Notes: generated by a model not told the origin, from the sequence alone. A stretch of DNA of 63,958 bases, filler included, from Lama guanicoe (GCA_013239625.1; 208 parts of 208 records of this genome joined end to end with filler, not necessarily neighbours in it), one strand, 5' to 3'; shown: positions 24,536 to 37,778, counted from the first letter of the whole stretch. Translations and numbers: made by a program.

Positions 24536-26483
24536 NNNNNNNNNNNNNNNNNNNNNNNNNNNNNNNNNNNNNNNNNNNNTTAATTAATTAANNNNNNNNN
24601 NNNNNNNNNNNNNNNNNNNNNNNNNNNNNNNNNNNGCGCAGCCACAGCTGGCATCTCCTCCTGTGTGCAGCACCCAGGCAGGGGCGGGGCTGAGCCCTGA
24701 ATCCACACCTGGAGGCTCCGCAACCTCCTAGGCAAGACTGAGATTTGTCTACTGCCTGAGGCAGATGGGATCTTTCTGCCCTGGCACCTCAGAGAACTCA
24801 AGCCTCCAAGACAAACAAGGAGGTGAGATTTGGCACGGAGCAGNNNNNNNNNNNNNNNNNNNNNNNNNNNNNNNNNNNNNNNNNNNNTTAATTAATTAAN
24901 NNNNNNNNNNNNNNNNNNNNNNNNNNNNNNNNNNNNNNNNNNNGAGGGGTAATTTAATACATTTCTCATTTGAGGATGCACATACATTTTAGCGAATGTT
25001 TTACAGAGAAGCCTAAACACTGTACTCACATATGGAGGTGGACACGATTCCTGTAACCTAGACGTGGGCTCCTTGTAACACTCCTCTGCCTCACTGGGCT
25101 CTGATGACAACCTCACAGCGTTGTTGTTTTATGTTCTTCCTGGGGACGCAANNNNNNNNNNNNNNNNNNNNNNNNNNNNNNNNNNNNNNNNNNNNTTAAT
25201 TAATTAANNNNNNNNNNNNNNNNNNNNNNNNNNNNNNNNNNNNNNNNNNNNAAAATCAAAGCAGACAAGTCAGAGTTAATAAATACTTTATGGCAACACC
25301 ACTAGTATGAAATTTTTACAAGAGAGATTCTGGCTCAATGTAAGAATTTTTTTCACTTCAACTTTGATGAGGATTACATTTCCCCTACCCCTCCAACTTT
25401 TCTTCTCCAACAGCCCACCCTGAGTTCTACCCCCTCCACCCATAAAGATACTCTTTTTTNNNNNNNNNNNNNNNNNNNNNNNNNNNNNNNNNNNNNNNNN
25501 NNNTTAATTAATTAANNNNNNNNNNNNNNNNNNNNNNNNNNNNNNNNNNNNNNNNNNNNTCAATTTGAGCACTTCTGGAGGGAAGAATGGTGTTATTTCC
25601 ATGCAGTTTCCCACAGGCTACTCTATGTGTTTGGGTCACTACAGCAAAGAGAACACTTTGCTTTATGTTTTTGCTTTTAGTGCAGTTGTGAGTTCTAGTC
25701 AACAGAATGGCTCGCGGGGGTGATGCATCGTGTAGGTACACGTGACTTTCTGAAAGACAACGAATCCNNNNNNNNNNNNNNNNNNNNNNNNNNNNNNNNN
25801 NNNNNNNNNNNTTAATTAATTAANNNNNNNNNNNNNNNNNNNNNNNNNNNNNNNNNNNNNNNNNNNNATGATAGAGGTGAACACTCTGTGACGTCAAGTT
25901 TACAGTCCAGTATCTAAGATAACAATTGTAACACGATATTAAATGAACCCTTTTCATCTAAGTGCCTCAGCATTTTCAACTCCTCTAAAAATACAATTTT
26001 CTTTTTTTCAAGAGAAAATGTGGCAAAAAGAGTTGTTGCAGGGTAACACATTACAAAGTAGAATCCAAGACAAATNNNNNNNNNNNNNNNNNNNNNNNNN
26101 NNNNNNNNNNNNNNNNNNNTTAATTAATTAANNNNNNNNNNNNNNNNNNNNNNNNNNNNNNNNNNNNNNNNNNNNATTGGTTCTAGTTTAATAATCTGGC
26201 ATGTGTGGTGAGAAAGGTTTTTACAGTAATGAAAATCTGAAACAATCTAGGCTCAAAGCTAGGGAAAAATTACATAAATTAGGATGAATTCTTACCATTG
26301 GATAATATATATATTAATATATATGTATATATTCATTCTGTAAAATGACATTTAAATATATTTTGATGACAGGGGAATTACAANNNNNNNNNNNNNNNNN
26401 NNNNNNNNNNNNNNNNNNNNNNNNNNNTTAATTAATTAANNNNNNNNNNNNNNNNNNNNNNNNNNNNNNNNNNNNNNNNNNNN

Positions 26484-26598
26484 CCCATTTTATAGATGAG
26501 AAAATTATACCCCAAAGAATTAAAGTGACTTTCCCAAGGCCACACAGGTAAGTGGAGGAGCCAGAAATGACTGCTGATTTGAGTTCATGCTCTTATCC
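26484..26598 (-). mobile_element. MIR fragment, followed by an old L1 ORF2-like piece to 26691
   Basis: cccattttatagatgagaaaa...aagtgactttcccaaggccacacag. Confidence 0.75.
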
Positions 26599-26839
26599 AG
26601 AATAAAAAACAAAGAACCCCGTTTTCTAAATGGGCCAGTGATTTTTTTTAAACACTCCATATATCCAAATGGCCAATAAGCATAGGAAAATNNNNNNNNN
26701 NNNNNNNNNNNNNNNNNNNNNNNNNNNNNNNNNNNTTAATTAATTAANNNNNNNNNNNNNNNNNNNNNNNNNNNNNNNNNNNNNNNNNNNNAATGCCCAG
26801 CACATAGTAAGTGTTCCCTGTTAAATTTTTTAAGAACTT

Positions 26840-26999
26840 GGGTTTTTTTAGAGCAATTTTAGGTTCACAGCAAAATTGAAAGAGGTAAGTGCAGACTTCC
26901 CATGTACCCTCTCCTGCCACACGTACACAGCTCCTCCGTTACCAACACCTACCACAAGAGTGGTACATTTGTTAAAATTAATGAAAGTACATTGACACA
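26840..26999 (-). mobile_element. L1MC/L1MD-type 3' end
   Basis: ttttagagcaattttaggttcacagcaaaattga...gagtggtacatttgttaaaattaatgaa. Confidence 0.85.
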
Positions 27000-27775
27000 N
27001 NNNNNNNNNNNNNNNNNNNNNNNNNNNNNNNNNNNNNNNNNNNTTAATTAATTAANNNNNNNNNNNNNNNNNNNNNNNNNNNNNNNNNNNNNNNNNNNNT
27101 TTGAGTATACTCCACTGTATTCAAAATATAAATTACCTAGAGATGCAGATATGTCTTTACCACTTAACTGAACTTAAAAGAGTTTGGAAAAGCATGATCA
27201 ATGAATTTGAGAAAAAGCAGATTCTAAATTGGCACATAATAATTTTCAACGTTATCTTAATGAAATATTTTTACTTCATTTTTTAATGAAGTAATTTTAA
27301 GTTGTCANNNNNNNNNNNNNNNNNNNNNNNNNNNNNNNNNNNNNNNNNNNNTTAATTAATTAANNNNNNNNNNNNNNNNNNNNNNNNNNNNNNNNNNNNN
27401 NNNNNNNGGCTTGAAGACAGGAGGGAAGAGGGCAAAAGGAGGGATTTCAGAGGGGGGTGAGGGGGCAGCATGGGAAGCCAGGGCAGGAACTCACAAGCAC
27501 AGCACCACTGCGACCATGAAGCTGCTTCTGAGCTGAAGCGTGAGGCTAATCTGGGGACAGGAGCAGGAAGGGAAGCTCGGGGCTCTGGGGACCTGGCTGG
27601 AAATCTTCTCGGAAGNNNNNNNNNNNNNNNNNNNNNNNNNNNNNNNNNNNNNNNNNNNNTTAATTAATTAANNNNNNNNNNNNNNNNNNNNNNNNNNNNN
27701 NNNNNNNNNNNNNNNGCCAGTGCTTTATACATATTAGACACTCGGTAATGTTTGTTGAATTAAAGGGAGTGCACC

Positions 27776-27923
27776 TGCCTTAGTCCACTTGGCCTGCCAT
27801 GACAAAACCACAGACGTGGAGGCGAGTGCTTAAATAACAGACACGGATTTTCTCACAGCTCTGGAGCCTGGACGTCCAAGATCTGGGTGCCCGTCTGGTC
27901 GGGCTGCAGGGAGGGCTCTCTTC
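27776..27923 (-). mobile_element. MaLR LTR MLT1A-C-like 3' end
   Basis: cttagtcc...gcttaaataacaga...ttctcacagctctggagcctgga..tccaagatc...gagggctctctt. Confidence 0.8.
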
Positions 27924-29871
27924 NNNNNNNNNNNNNNNNNNNNNNNNNNNNNNNNNNNNNNNNNNNNTTAATTAATTAANNNNNNNNNNNNNNNNNNNNN
28001 NNNNNNNNNNNNNNNNNNNNNNNGCACCACTCCACATCCTCATTCTTATTGAAAAGATCTTGGTTGCAAATAGGAACTGAATCATGTGTGCAAATGAGTT
28101 TATTATAAGAAAAAAAAAGTAAAAACACTCATCTCTGATTTGAGCTTAAGTTTTAGCTTAATCCTTAGGCTAATTTTTGAACGGTTTCCTCATCTGAAAG
28201 AAGCAAAAGATGGCTTTCTTTGTCTTACCACNNNNNNNNNNNNNNNNNNNNNNNNNNNNNNNNNNNNNNNNNNNNTTAATTAATTAANNNNNNNNNNNNN
28301 NNNNNNNNNNNNNNNNNNNNNNNNNNNNNNNTTTATTTCTGGGTCACAGCCTGTTCTCCGAGGCCCCCTCATGCCGCATTTGTTTCCAGGGCACCGTTCT
28401 GAGCCAGGTGCTGGGCCAGGAAGTTAGGCTGTAGGGAGAACTGGAGAGAGGCCCCGAGGAGCCAGCCAGCCAGTGGCGGGGACGGCTGGCGCCTGGTGGG
28501 GACTACTGCATGGGGCTGTGAAGCACAGAGGAGATCTAGNNNNNNNNNNNNNNNNNNNNNNNNNNNNNNNNNNNNNNNNNNNNTTAATTAATTAANNNNN
28601 NNNNNNNNNNNNNNNNNNNNNNNNNNNNNNNNNNNNNNNACCCTTGTTCTGCCCGACTCAGAGTACATGCTGTCCTACCACATCAAGCGTTTAACGTCCT
28701 GAGATCCTAAGATTCTGTGCTTCGGTGATCCTGTGGCAGAATGATTCTAAAGTTGCAGAGCTTGGCTGCGGAAGAGTGTGGAGGGTAGGGAGGGCGAGAG
28801 GGAGGGCGAGGTGGTAGGAAGAACAAAGAAATCTCAGTGGTGATCGTNNNNNNNNNNNNNNNNNNNNNNNNNNNNNNNNNNNNNNNNNNNNTTAATTAAT
28901 TAANNNNNNNNNNNNNNNNNNNNNNNNNNNNNNNNNNNNNNNNNNNNTTAATGGAGTCACGGCTTAAAAACTCTCGCCCATCAAGCTGCCAGTGCTATCC
29001 GTAGGGCAGGTAGAAGAATGACGCAAAAAACTCCTTTTGAAAAGGATTCTCCAGAAATTATTTCTGGGAGGGACCTTGGGACTCAGTGCCTGTTACTGAC
29101 TCGGGCTGGTGGTAAGAGTGGAGGTTGACTGTCTTGACTGGTATGGAAAAGAAGGNNNNNNNNNNNNNNNNNNNNNNNNNNNNNNNNNNNNNNNNNNNNT
29201 TAATTAATTAANNNNNNNNNNNNNNNNNNNNNNNNNNNNNNNNNNNNNNNNNNNNTTTGTCTGTCATATCTCAGGTTAAATTAATGACTTACTTGATTGT
29301 CATTGCTTTTATCAAGACACTTCATGCACATGGCAAAAAAAAAAACAACAATAAAATGGTACAAAAAAGCACATGACAAAACACAAGTGTCTTGCCTGCC
29401 CCCAAGCCCATGCCGAAGCCCATTTTGTGCTTTTCAGTCTCTTGATGACTTTTTTCCATAATGNNNNNNNNNNNNNNNNNNNNNNNNNNNNNNNNNNNNN
29501 NNNNNNNTTAATTAATTAANNNNNNNNNNNNNNNNNNNNNNNNNNNNNNNNNNNNNNNNNNNNAGATGTTGCAATTGGATGGGCAGGTCTGCCTCTCGAA
29601 TTTGTCGATGAGAAGGACACGCAATTCACTGCAGAATTAGGAACACCCATCCCTGCTCTGCTGAATTCATCTAAAGAGAAACAGAGACCCGGCTCTAGGG
29701 GGAATTAAAAACCCACCAACCCTTCTTACCGAAGTCAACGTCCCCACTTTATTCTCCTGTCAGGTCTCTGCNNNNNNNNNNNNNNNNNNNNNNNNNNNNN
29801 NNNNNNNNNNNNNNNTTAATTAATTAANNNNNNNNNNNNNNNNNNNNNNNNNNNNNNNNNNNNNNNNNNNN

Positions 29872-30079
29872 CTTGCTGCATCAATTGGCTCTTGCTTTTA
29901 CAAGTGATTTGCCTCTAATGTGTAATGCTGTTTGATAACACTCTATCCGCAGTAAAACTTCTTTCAAATCTGGACTCAATTCTCTCAAACCCTATTGCCA
30001 CTTAATCAAGTTTATGTAATATTCTAAATTCTTTTTGGTCATTTCAACAATCTTCATAACATCTTCACCAAGAGTAGAT
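29872..30079 (-). mobile_element. Tigger1-like (TcMar-Tigger) DNA transposon fragment, transposase C-terminus
   Basis: Minus strand gives STLGEDVMKIVEMTKKNLEYYINL / GFERIESRFERSFT..LSNSI with a frameshift, matching recalled Tigger1 transposase. Confidence 0.85.
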
Positions 30080-30795
30080 NNNNNNNNNNNNNNNNNNNNN
30101 NNNNNNNNNNNNNNNNNNNNNNNTTAATTAATTAANNNNNNNNNNNNNNNNNNNNNNNNNNNNNNNNNNNNNNNNNNNNAAATCCATTCCCACCAGCTAG
30201 CAGTTGAAATGTAGACCACTCATTCTGGAGTTTAAAGTCCTATATATTCTGTTTTAATCACTCCCTCCTTGTTTTCTTCTCACTTTGGGCGTTGCCTCCA
30301 CTGTCTTATGTAGCAGCTGACCTCTAATGAAGTTACTAAGGAGTCTCTCAAAGGCAGTTATTACTTTGAATATATCTTTGCAGCCTCNNNNNNNNNNNNN
30401 NNNNNNNNNNNNNNNNNNNNNNNNNNNNNNNTTAATTAATTAANNNNNNNNNNNNNNNNNNNNNNNNNNNNNNNNNNNNNNNNNNNNTCTTGGTCCCATG
30501 GCTCTGTGTGTTCTGGGACATCTGGGGACTTCAGCAATGTTTTTGGGGCTTTGGGTCCCACCTCTTCATAGCATTGCTGAGGTGAAATCTGTGTGTTCAT
30601 CCTCATTCTTGAGTGTAAGGTGCATTTTTTCTAGAATCAACACATGCCACCGTGGCAGCACTGCTTTGACCACGTGCTGGGACAGCATGTGCTTGNNNNN
30701 NNNNNNNNNNNNNNNNNNNNNNNNNNNNNNNNNNNNNNNTTAATTAATTAANNNNNNNNNNNNNNNNNNNNNNNNNNNNNNNNNNNNNNNNNNNN

Positions 30796-31003
30796 GATTT
30801 GAACTCTCACCAAAAAAGTGGTAGAACCTGCCAACTCAGTGTATGTAACTTTTTGTTTGCCAGCCTGACAAGCGAACAGGCCAGCTCGTTGCAGTTTTAA
30901 ACATGCGTTTTAAAATTATGAGCAAAGTTGAGCTTCTTTCCATATCTCTAAAAGTCATTTGCATTTCTTTTCCTTTGAGCTGTCTGTGTCCTTGGCCTCA
31001 ATA
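30796..31003 (-). mobile_element. Ancient L1 (L1ME-like) fragment
   Basis: tttgccagcctgac...aaagttgagcttctttccatat...catttgcatttctttt. Confidence 0.6.
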
Positions 31004-31411
31004 NNNNNNNNNNNNNNNNNNNNNNNNNNNNNNNNNNNNNNNNNNNNTTAATTAATTAANNNNNNNNNNNNNNNNNNNNNNNNNNNNNNNNNNNNNNNNN
31101 NNNCACAAAGCAGACATCTGTCCTTTAAGACCTTGCAGACTTGGCCCTGTGCCGGGCTGTGCCGTGCACCGGGCTGTAAGCACTGTGCCGCCTGCCCGCC
31201 CTCACACCCTGCTCTGCATGCGCAGAACAGGGCCTGACGTCCTTTCCTTTCGCAGGAAATGATGGCAGAAAACGTATATGCAGAAGGTTCCTCGTGGCAT
31301 TTTTTTATACCNNNNNNNNNNNNNNNNNNNNNNNNNNNNNNNNNNNNNNNNNNNNTTAATTAATTAANNNNNNNNNNNNNNNNNNNNNNNNNNNNNNNNN
31401 NNNNNNNNNNN

Positions 31412-31560
31412 GTCCGCGTAACAACTCCCGTGACAGCCGCAGCATGTCTCCCGAGGCGCCCGGGCCTCGGGAGAACGGTGGTCCCGGCGTGGGGCGAGGC
31501 GGGGGCGGGGGCGTGCGCGCTGGGTCCCCACGGCACTCCACTAGCTTACCCCTCCCTCTC
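31412..31560. promoter_or_regulatory. CpG-island fragment with GC boxes
   Basis: High GC and CpG density; ggggcgaggcgggggcgggggcg contains SP/KLF-type motifs. Confidence 0.6.
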
Positions 31561-31736
31561 CCTCCGTTTCTGGCAGCCTGTTGACTTACCTGTTCCCCCC
31601 GGGGTCACAGATAAAACCANNNNNNNNNNNNNNNNNNNNNNNNNNNNNNNNNNNNNNNNNNNNTTAATTAATTAANNNNNNNNNNNNNNNNNNNNNNNNN
31701 NNNNNNNNNNNNNNNNNNNCAGAGAGGTATCAAAAC

Positions 31737-31927
31737 TGTGCTGGGTCTGAGATTTTATTCTTGCAAGCTAACACATTTAGCCTGCACAATTCTGGGGGTT
31801 CTGGGCAGCAGACATGAGATTCCTGAGTCGGAGACCAAGATCCATATTACTGACGGCACCTCAAGCAGCACGAGCATCGGGAAATCTGCGTCAGTCCCTT
31901 GCTCCCTCCAAGCCCCGTGGGGGTGAT
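31737..31927 (-). mobile_element. ERVL-type LTR (MER54/73/74-like)
   Basis: ttgcaagctaacacatttagcctgc...gcagcagacatgagattcctgagtcggagac. Confidence 0.6.
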
Positions 31928-34182
31928 NNNNNNNNNNNNNNNNNNNNNNNNNNNNNNNNNNNNNNNNNNNNTTAATTAATTAANNNNNNNNNNNNNNNNN
32001 NNNNNNNNNNNNNNNNNNNNNNNNNNNAATAAACAGATTAGCTTTTCCACCTTGAGTTTACAATTAGGGACCAGAATGATCCAGCCAGTTGCAAGCATGT
32101 TGATGATAAAAGCACACCATGCATGTGCTGTCTTCTTAATTTGCTGAAGACTTCAGTACCCTAAAAATTCGACATGATGTTCTCAATGCACAGTATTCCT
32201 GCAAAGCCAGAGACTGCATGGTCAGAGGGCTCATTNNNNNNNNNNNNNNNNNNNNNNNNNNNNNNNNNNNNNNNNNNNNTTAATTAATTAANNNNNNNNN
32301 NNNNNNNNNNNNNNNNNNNNNNNNNNNNNNNNNNNAATTTCATTTAGAAATGAGTGTTTTTCTTTTTGTAATTTTCGAGCCAAGTTCCTTCCTCTCTTCT
32401 AGTCATGCGTCAAGTTGAACTTTTAACGAAGACATACCATATTACAAGAAGAAGGAAAAGGAATAAACACTGATATAAAAGGTCAAAGCTAAGAAACTGA
32501 GCTCTGGCAGTTTTTCTTCCTCTTATGATTGATAGAAAAGGAANNNNNNNNNNNNNNNNNNNNNNNNNNNNNNNNNNNNNNNNNNNNTTAATTAATTAAN
32601 NNNNNNNNNNNNNNNNNNNNNNNNNNNNNNNNNNNNNNNNNNNTTTTTCAGTTATACATGAACATACATATATTCATTGTCACATTTTTTCAGATGTTTC
32701 TGAATATTCAGAGCAAATGTTACACATATATAAAGCTATAAACAATAACTCAGCCTGTTCCAAACAACTGAAAAAAGTTTCTACTACAAATGGGATTTCA
32801 GATAAATTTTTAAGTTAAAAGAAAGTAATCTTGTTAAAGGACTGTGACTGNNNNNNNNNNNNNNNNNNNNNNNNNNNNNNNNNNNNNNNNNNNNTTAATT
32901 AATTAANNNNNNNNNNNNNNNNNNNNNNNNNNNNNNNNNNNNNNNNNNNNACCAGCATCCCTCTGACGGGGCTGCAGGAATGGCCTGGGGCTTTGGCACA
33001 GCCAGGATCCCCACTTTCATGGCAGGGAAAGAGACAGAGGAAAACGTGGCAGGCAAACGTGGCAACGGCCGAATGTGGGGCTGCACGTGCTAATTACTCG
33101 AGGGAGGTCCTGCATCTTTCCTCAAGAAGAAGGGTGTGCCGTGAGCCAGGAGCAGGACNNNNNNNNNNNNNNNNNNNNNNNNNNNNNNNNNNNNNNNNNN
33201 NNTTAATTAATTAANNNNNNNNNNNNNNNNNNNNNNNNNNNNNNNNNNNNNNNNNNNNCCCTCACACACCACAGGTCTACGTGCCTGTCCAGTTCTCGGG
33301 CGAACAGCCCTGTTCGTACTTGGCAATGGAAAGTAAGACGTGGAGACTAAGCCCAAACTGCACCGCAGGCAAACAGAACAAAGACCAGAACCGCGTCTCA
33401 ACTTTTCCCATCTACGTCCTAGTATTCCTCAGTCCCTCATTAAAAAAAAAAAATGAGGAAGTAAATNNNNNNNNNNNNNNNNNNNNNNNNNNNNNNNNNN
33501 NNNNNNNNNNTTAATTAATTAANNNNNNNNNNNNNNNNNNNNNNNNNNNNNNNNNNNNNNNNNNNNGAAAAACAAAAAGCCATTCATAATGTCTTGAAAC
33601 TTACATTGCACACAGAAGAAAATGTTAGGCAAGGTGAGTGTCACATCAACATGACGCCTGAGTGGGGTGGGGAAGCTGATCTTCCTCATCAGACATTTAC
33701 GCTAATTTGTTAGATGCCAACACACTTTCCTCATTGGATTTGCTTCTAATAAGTATGGAAGAGTTTAGGCTCTANNNNNNNNNNNNNNNNNNNNNNNNNN
33801 NNNNNNNNNNNNNNNNNNTTAATTAATTAANNNNNNNNNNNNNNNNNNNNNNNNNNNNNNNNNNNNNNNNNNNNGCACGTCCAAATCCTGCAGGTACAAT
33901 GAGGGAAAGTGCAGTGGACTCCTCGAAGTCAGAATAGCTTGACCATCAAGTTACCAGTGTTAACAATGACAATAATTACACATGATGTGCTGCGTAATAA
34001 AGTCCACACACCTTAGCAATCACTTTTCCCACGCCAGTTACTTTTACAAAGTAGAAGCTACTATTTCCAAGATGCAGAATGTNNNNNNNNNNNNNNNNNN
34101 NNNNNNNNNNNNNNNNNNNNNNNNNNTTAATTAATTAANNNNNNNNNNNNNNNNNNNNNNNNNNNNNNNNNNNNNNNNNNNN

Positions 34183-34390
34183 CTCCCTGTGGGAACTGTC
34201 CCAATCTGTTTTGCCTTTTCTTCTTTCTTTCGTTCTTTTCTCCTACCAGATATTTTGCTTCTTTATCTTTTGAAGAGGACAATGTTCTATCAGAGTTCTG
34301 CAGGTTTTCTGATTAATTGAGCAGGTTTGTGGATGAGTCTTGTGCATTTGTGAGAAAGGGTGAGCTACAAGCATCCTTCTCCTCCACCAT
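34183..34390 (-). mobile_element. Interspersed repeat, probable L1 5' end
   Basis: Overlaps 21557 homology and ends ggtgagctacaagcatccttctcctccaccat, like antisense L1 5' termini. Confidence 0.6.
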
Positions 34391-34490
34391 NNNNNNNNNN
34401 NNNNNNNNNNNNNNNNNNNNNNNNNNNNNNNNNNTTAATTAATTAANNNNNNNNNNNNNNNNNNNNNNNNNNNNNNNNNNNNNNNNNNNN

Positions 34491-34698
34491 AAATGCATAA
34501 CATAACATTTACTATTTAAACCATTTTAAATGCACAGTACTATTGCATGAACTGCATTTACACAGTTGTACAAATACTCTCACCATCCGTTTCCAGAATT
34601 TACTCATTTTCCCCAAGTGACACTCTATCCATTAACGCTAACTCCCCTTAGCCCCTGGCGATGATCTTCTTTCTCTCTCTGAATTTGGCTTCTCTGGA
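34491..34698 (-). mobile_element. L1MB-type 3' end
   Basis: cataacataacatttactatttaaaccattttaaatgcacag...tttccagaattt...ttagcccctggc. Confidence 0.8.
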
Positions 34699-36055
34699 NN
34701 NNNNNNNNNNNNNNNNNNNNNNNNNNNNNNNNNNNNNNNNNNTTAATTAATTAANNNNNNNNNNNNNNNNNNNNNNNNNNNNNNNNNNNNNNNNNNNNCT
34801 TCCTGACCTCAGGCCGCCCGGGCAGCTCTGCCCAATTCGCCTTCCCAAGCTGCGTGTCCTGGGACCCCACCCTGCCCCTTTCCCACCCTGGGCCTGGGGC
34901 GTCTCCGGGAGGAGCTGTCAGTGGTCTGGGACTGGGGCTGAAGGCAGCCTCTGTTGGGCTCTGTCCCCCTACCCCGTCCCCCCTCCCGCCTCCAGAGGCT
35001 CCCACANNNNNNNNNNNNNNNNNNNNNNNNNNNNNNNNNNNNNNNNNNNNTTAATTAATTAANNNNNNNNNNNNNNNNNNNNNNNNNNNNNNNNNNNNNN
35101 NNNNNNCTACTGGGCCCATTTGGAGAGTTTCACTCTACTTGTGACTGGGGGCTGAGGACAAACACAGTATCATGCAAACCACCCACCCTTCATGGCGCCT
35201 GCAAGGATTCAATCTGATGACCTCAGAAACGTTCCTTGGAAAAAATCCAGATAATTTTCAATTATCTCATTCATTCATTCACTCATTCATTCAGAAATAG
35301 TCATTATTCTCCTANNNNNNNNNNNNNNNNNNNNNNNNNNNNNNNNNNNNNNNNNNNNTTAATTAATTAANNNNNNNNNNNNNNNNNNNNNNNNNNNNNN
35401 NNNNNNNNNNNNNNTCCAAAATTAAGTGTGAAACATGAGTGTTTATTTGGGATGGAGTCTAGCTGATTGTTGTAGAGACAGACTCCAATTTCTTTCTCAT
35501 GGAAACCTAGATGAAGTTTTCTCAACACTGGCAACCCCGACTCCATTTTAAGGGAGGTACCAGAAGACAAAGTTTCAAGTCCTTAAAGGAGCGTTTGAAG
35601 AGACCGTCCTTCTGTGGGCAACNNNNNNNNNNNNNNNNNNNNNNNNNNNNNNNNNNNNNNNNNNNNTTAATTAATTAANNNNNNNNNNNNNNNNNNNNNN
35701 NNNNNNNNNNNNNNNNNNNNNNTCCTCTCTACCCTCTGAGAGCTGACCTGTGTTCACACTTTTCATACATTTTGACCTATTGGGGTGTTTTTTCTTTTTT
35801 TTTCTTCTTTTTTTTGTTATTTTCAAGTCTCCTCCCATAGTTTAGGGCTCTTTGCTATTCCCCCCCAAAACGGAGATAATATTCAGATCAGAAACAGAAA
35901 CCCTTGACTATCAGAAGAAAGAACTGCAAANNNNNNNNNNNNNNNNNNNNNNNNNNNNNNNNNNNNNNNNNNNNTTAATTAATTAANNNNNNNNNNNNNN
36001 NNNNNNNNNNNNNNNNNNNNNNNNNNNNNNTATTCGAGGTCCAGTATCCTTTCCA

Positions 36056-36079
36056 GACACACACACACACACACACACA
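36056..36079. repeat. (CA)n microsatellite with both flanks present
   Basis: Directly visible. Confidence 0.95.
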
Positions 36080-36338
36080 TGCACACAATGCTATGACTGC
36101 ATAATATGCCACCAGACTATTTGTAATTCAACAAGCAAACATGACTGAAACGTTTATTTGTCACAGGAAGAAATTATTTGATGTTTATGCTTACTCCTCC
36201 CAATCTGCTAAGATCGTAACGCCTGGAGGATCTGTCTGNNNNNNNNNNNNNNNNNNNNNNNNNNNNNNNNNNNNNNNNNNNNTTAATTAATTAANNNNNN
36301 NNNNNNNNNNNNNNNNNNNNNNNNNNNNNNNNNNNNNN

Positions 36339-36546
36339 CATCAATGACTTTTAGAGCATTGAAACTACTGTTACGAAACCATAATGGTATCATTATACAT
36401 TTGTCCAAACCTACAGAACACACAACACCAAGAGCGAACCCTTATGTAAACTATGGACTTTGGGTGACAATGATGTGTCACTGTGGATTCAACAATCTTA
36501 ACAACATGGCACTTCTGAGTACAATGTTGACAGTGGGGGAGGCTGT
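36339..36546 (+). mobile_element. L1MC-type 3' end
   Basis: cattatacatttgtccaaacc...aacaccaagagcgaacccttatgtaaactatggactttgggtgacaatgatgtgtca. Confidence 0.85.
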
Positions 36547-37570
36547 NNNNNNNNNNNNNNNNNNNNNNNNNNNNNNNNNNNNNNNNNNNNTTAATTAATT
36601 AANNNNNNNNNNNNNNNNNNNNNNNNNNNNNNNNNNNNNNNNNNNNCTTTTAAAAAGAAAATGTAGGGGAATATAGTTGCTAGCAGGGGTTAATAAGGCG
36701 GTGAAAGCAATGAAAGAATTTAATTGTGTGCATGCCTTAGTTTTCTGGCTACTGATATGAGAAGGCTATAATGAAGCAGTGAGGGAGAGCATCTAAGAGG
36801 CTCTTGGGGCCGCTTATCAGTCCTAAGAGGGTCCTTACCTTCCATTTGCAAGTGNNNNNNNNNNNNNNNNNNNNNNNNNNNNNNNNNNNNNNNNNNNNTT
36901 AATTAATTAANNNNNNNNNNNNNNNNNNNNNNNNNNNNNNNNNNNNNNNNNNNNCCAGCCAAGAGGTTGAGGTGGCTTATATCTGCAGTGAGAGCTCCAG
37001 CCATGAGGACTACATCAGGTGGGCGTCCAGGGCAGGCAGTCCTGGCTGTGCACGGTGGTGCAGGACTATGGACGTGCTTGGGCAGGCTATCATTTTTGCA
37101 GGGGTGGGGGTGTGGAGTCTTAATAATCAATGGGAAAAAATTACAATGGATCCATGACCTTTNNNNNNNNNNNNNNNNNNNNNNNNNNNNNNNNNNNNNN
37201 NNNNNNTTAATTAATTAANNNNNNNNNNNNNNNNNNNNNNNNNNNNNNNNNNNNNNNNNNNNTCGTCTCTGCTTTTTCACCAATGTTGATTTAATTTTCC
37301 ATCGCATGATTTCTCGTTTTTCTTTTGTGAACATGGCTCTATTTTAGTGCAAAGTGAATAGGAAATCAAACAAGAAATAATAATTACAAATCACCTTCAT
37401 CTTTCCCATTCAGCTTCTTTTCCATTATTCTGAAAGCATCTTACTCCACGTATGTGTGGTAGAAATTACANNNNNNNNNNNNNNNNNNNNNNNNNNNNNN
37501 NNNNNNNNNNNNNNTTAATTAATTAANNNNNNNNNNNNNNNNNNNNNNNNNNNNNNNNNNNNNNNNNNNN

Positions 37571-37778
37571 AGATAAATATCATATGACATTACTTATATG
37601 TGGAAACTAAAAAATATCATACAAATGAACTTATTTATCAACCAGAAATAGAAAACAAACTACGGTTACCTAAGGGCAAAGGGTGGAGAGAGAGATGAAT
37701 CAGGCATTTGGGATTAGCAGACACTAACTAATAGGTAAACACAAAGGCCTTACTGTAAAGCACGGGGAACTACATCCA
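37571..37778 (+). mobile_element. L1 3' UTR
   Basis: aaatatcatatgacattacttatatgtggaa...acaaatgaacttattta...cacggggaacta. Confidence 0.85.

Noticed and set aside
29564..29700. Minus-strand frame EFSRAGMGVPNS resembling myotubularin motif RMGVPN
   Set aside because: Similarity is limited to five residues and the downstream sequence does not fit.
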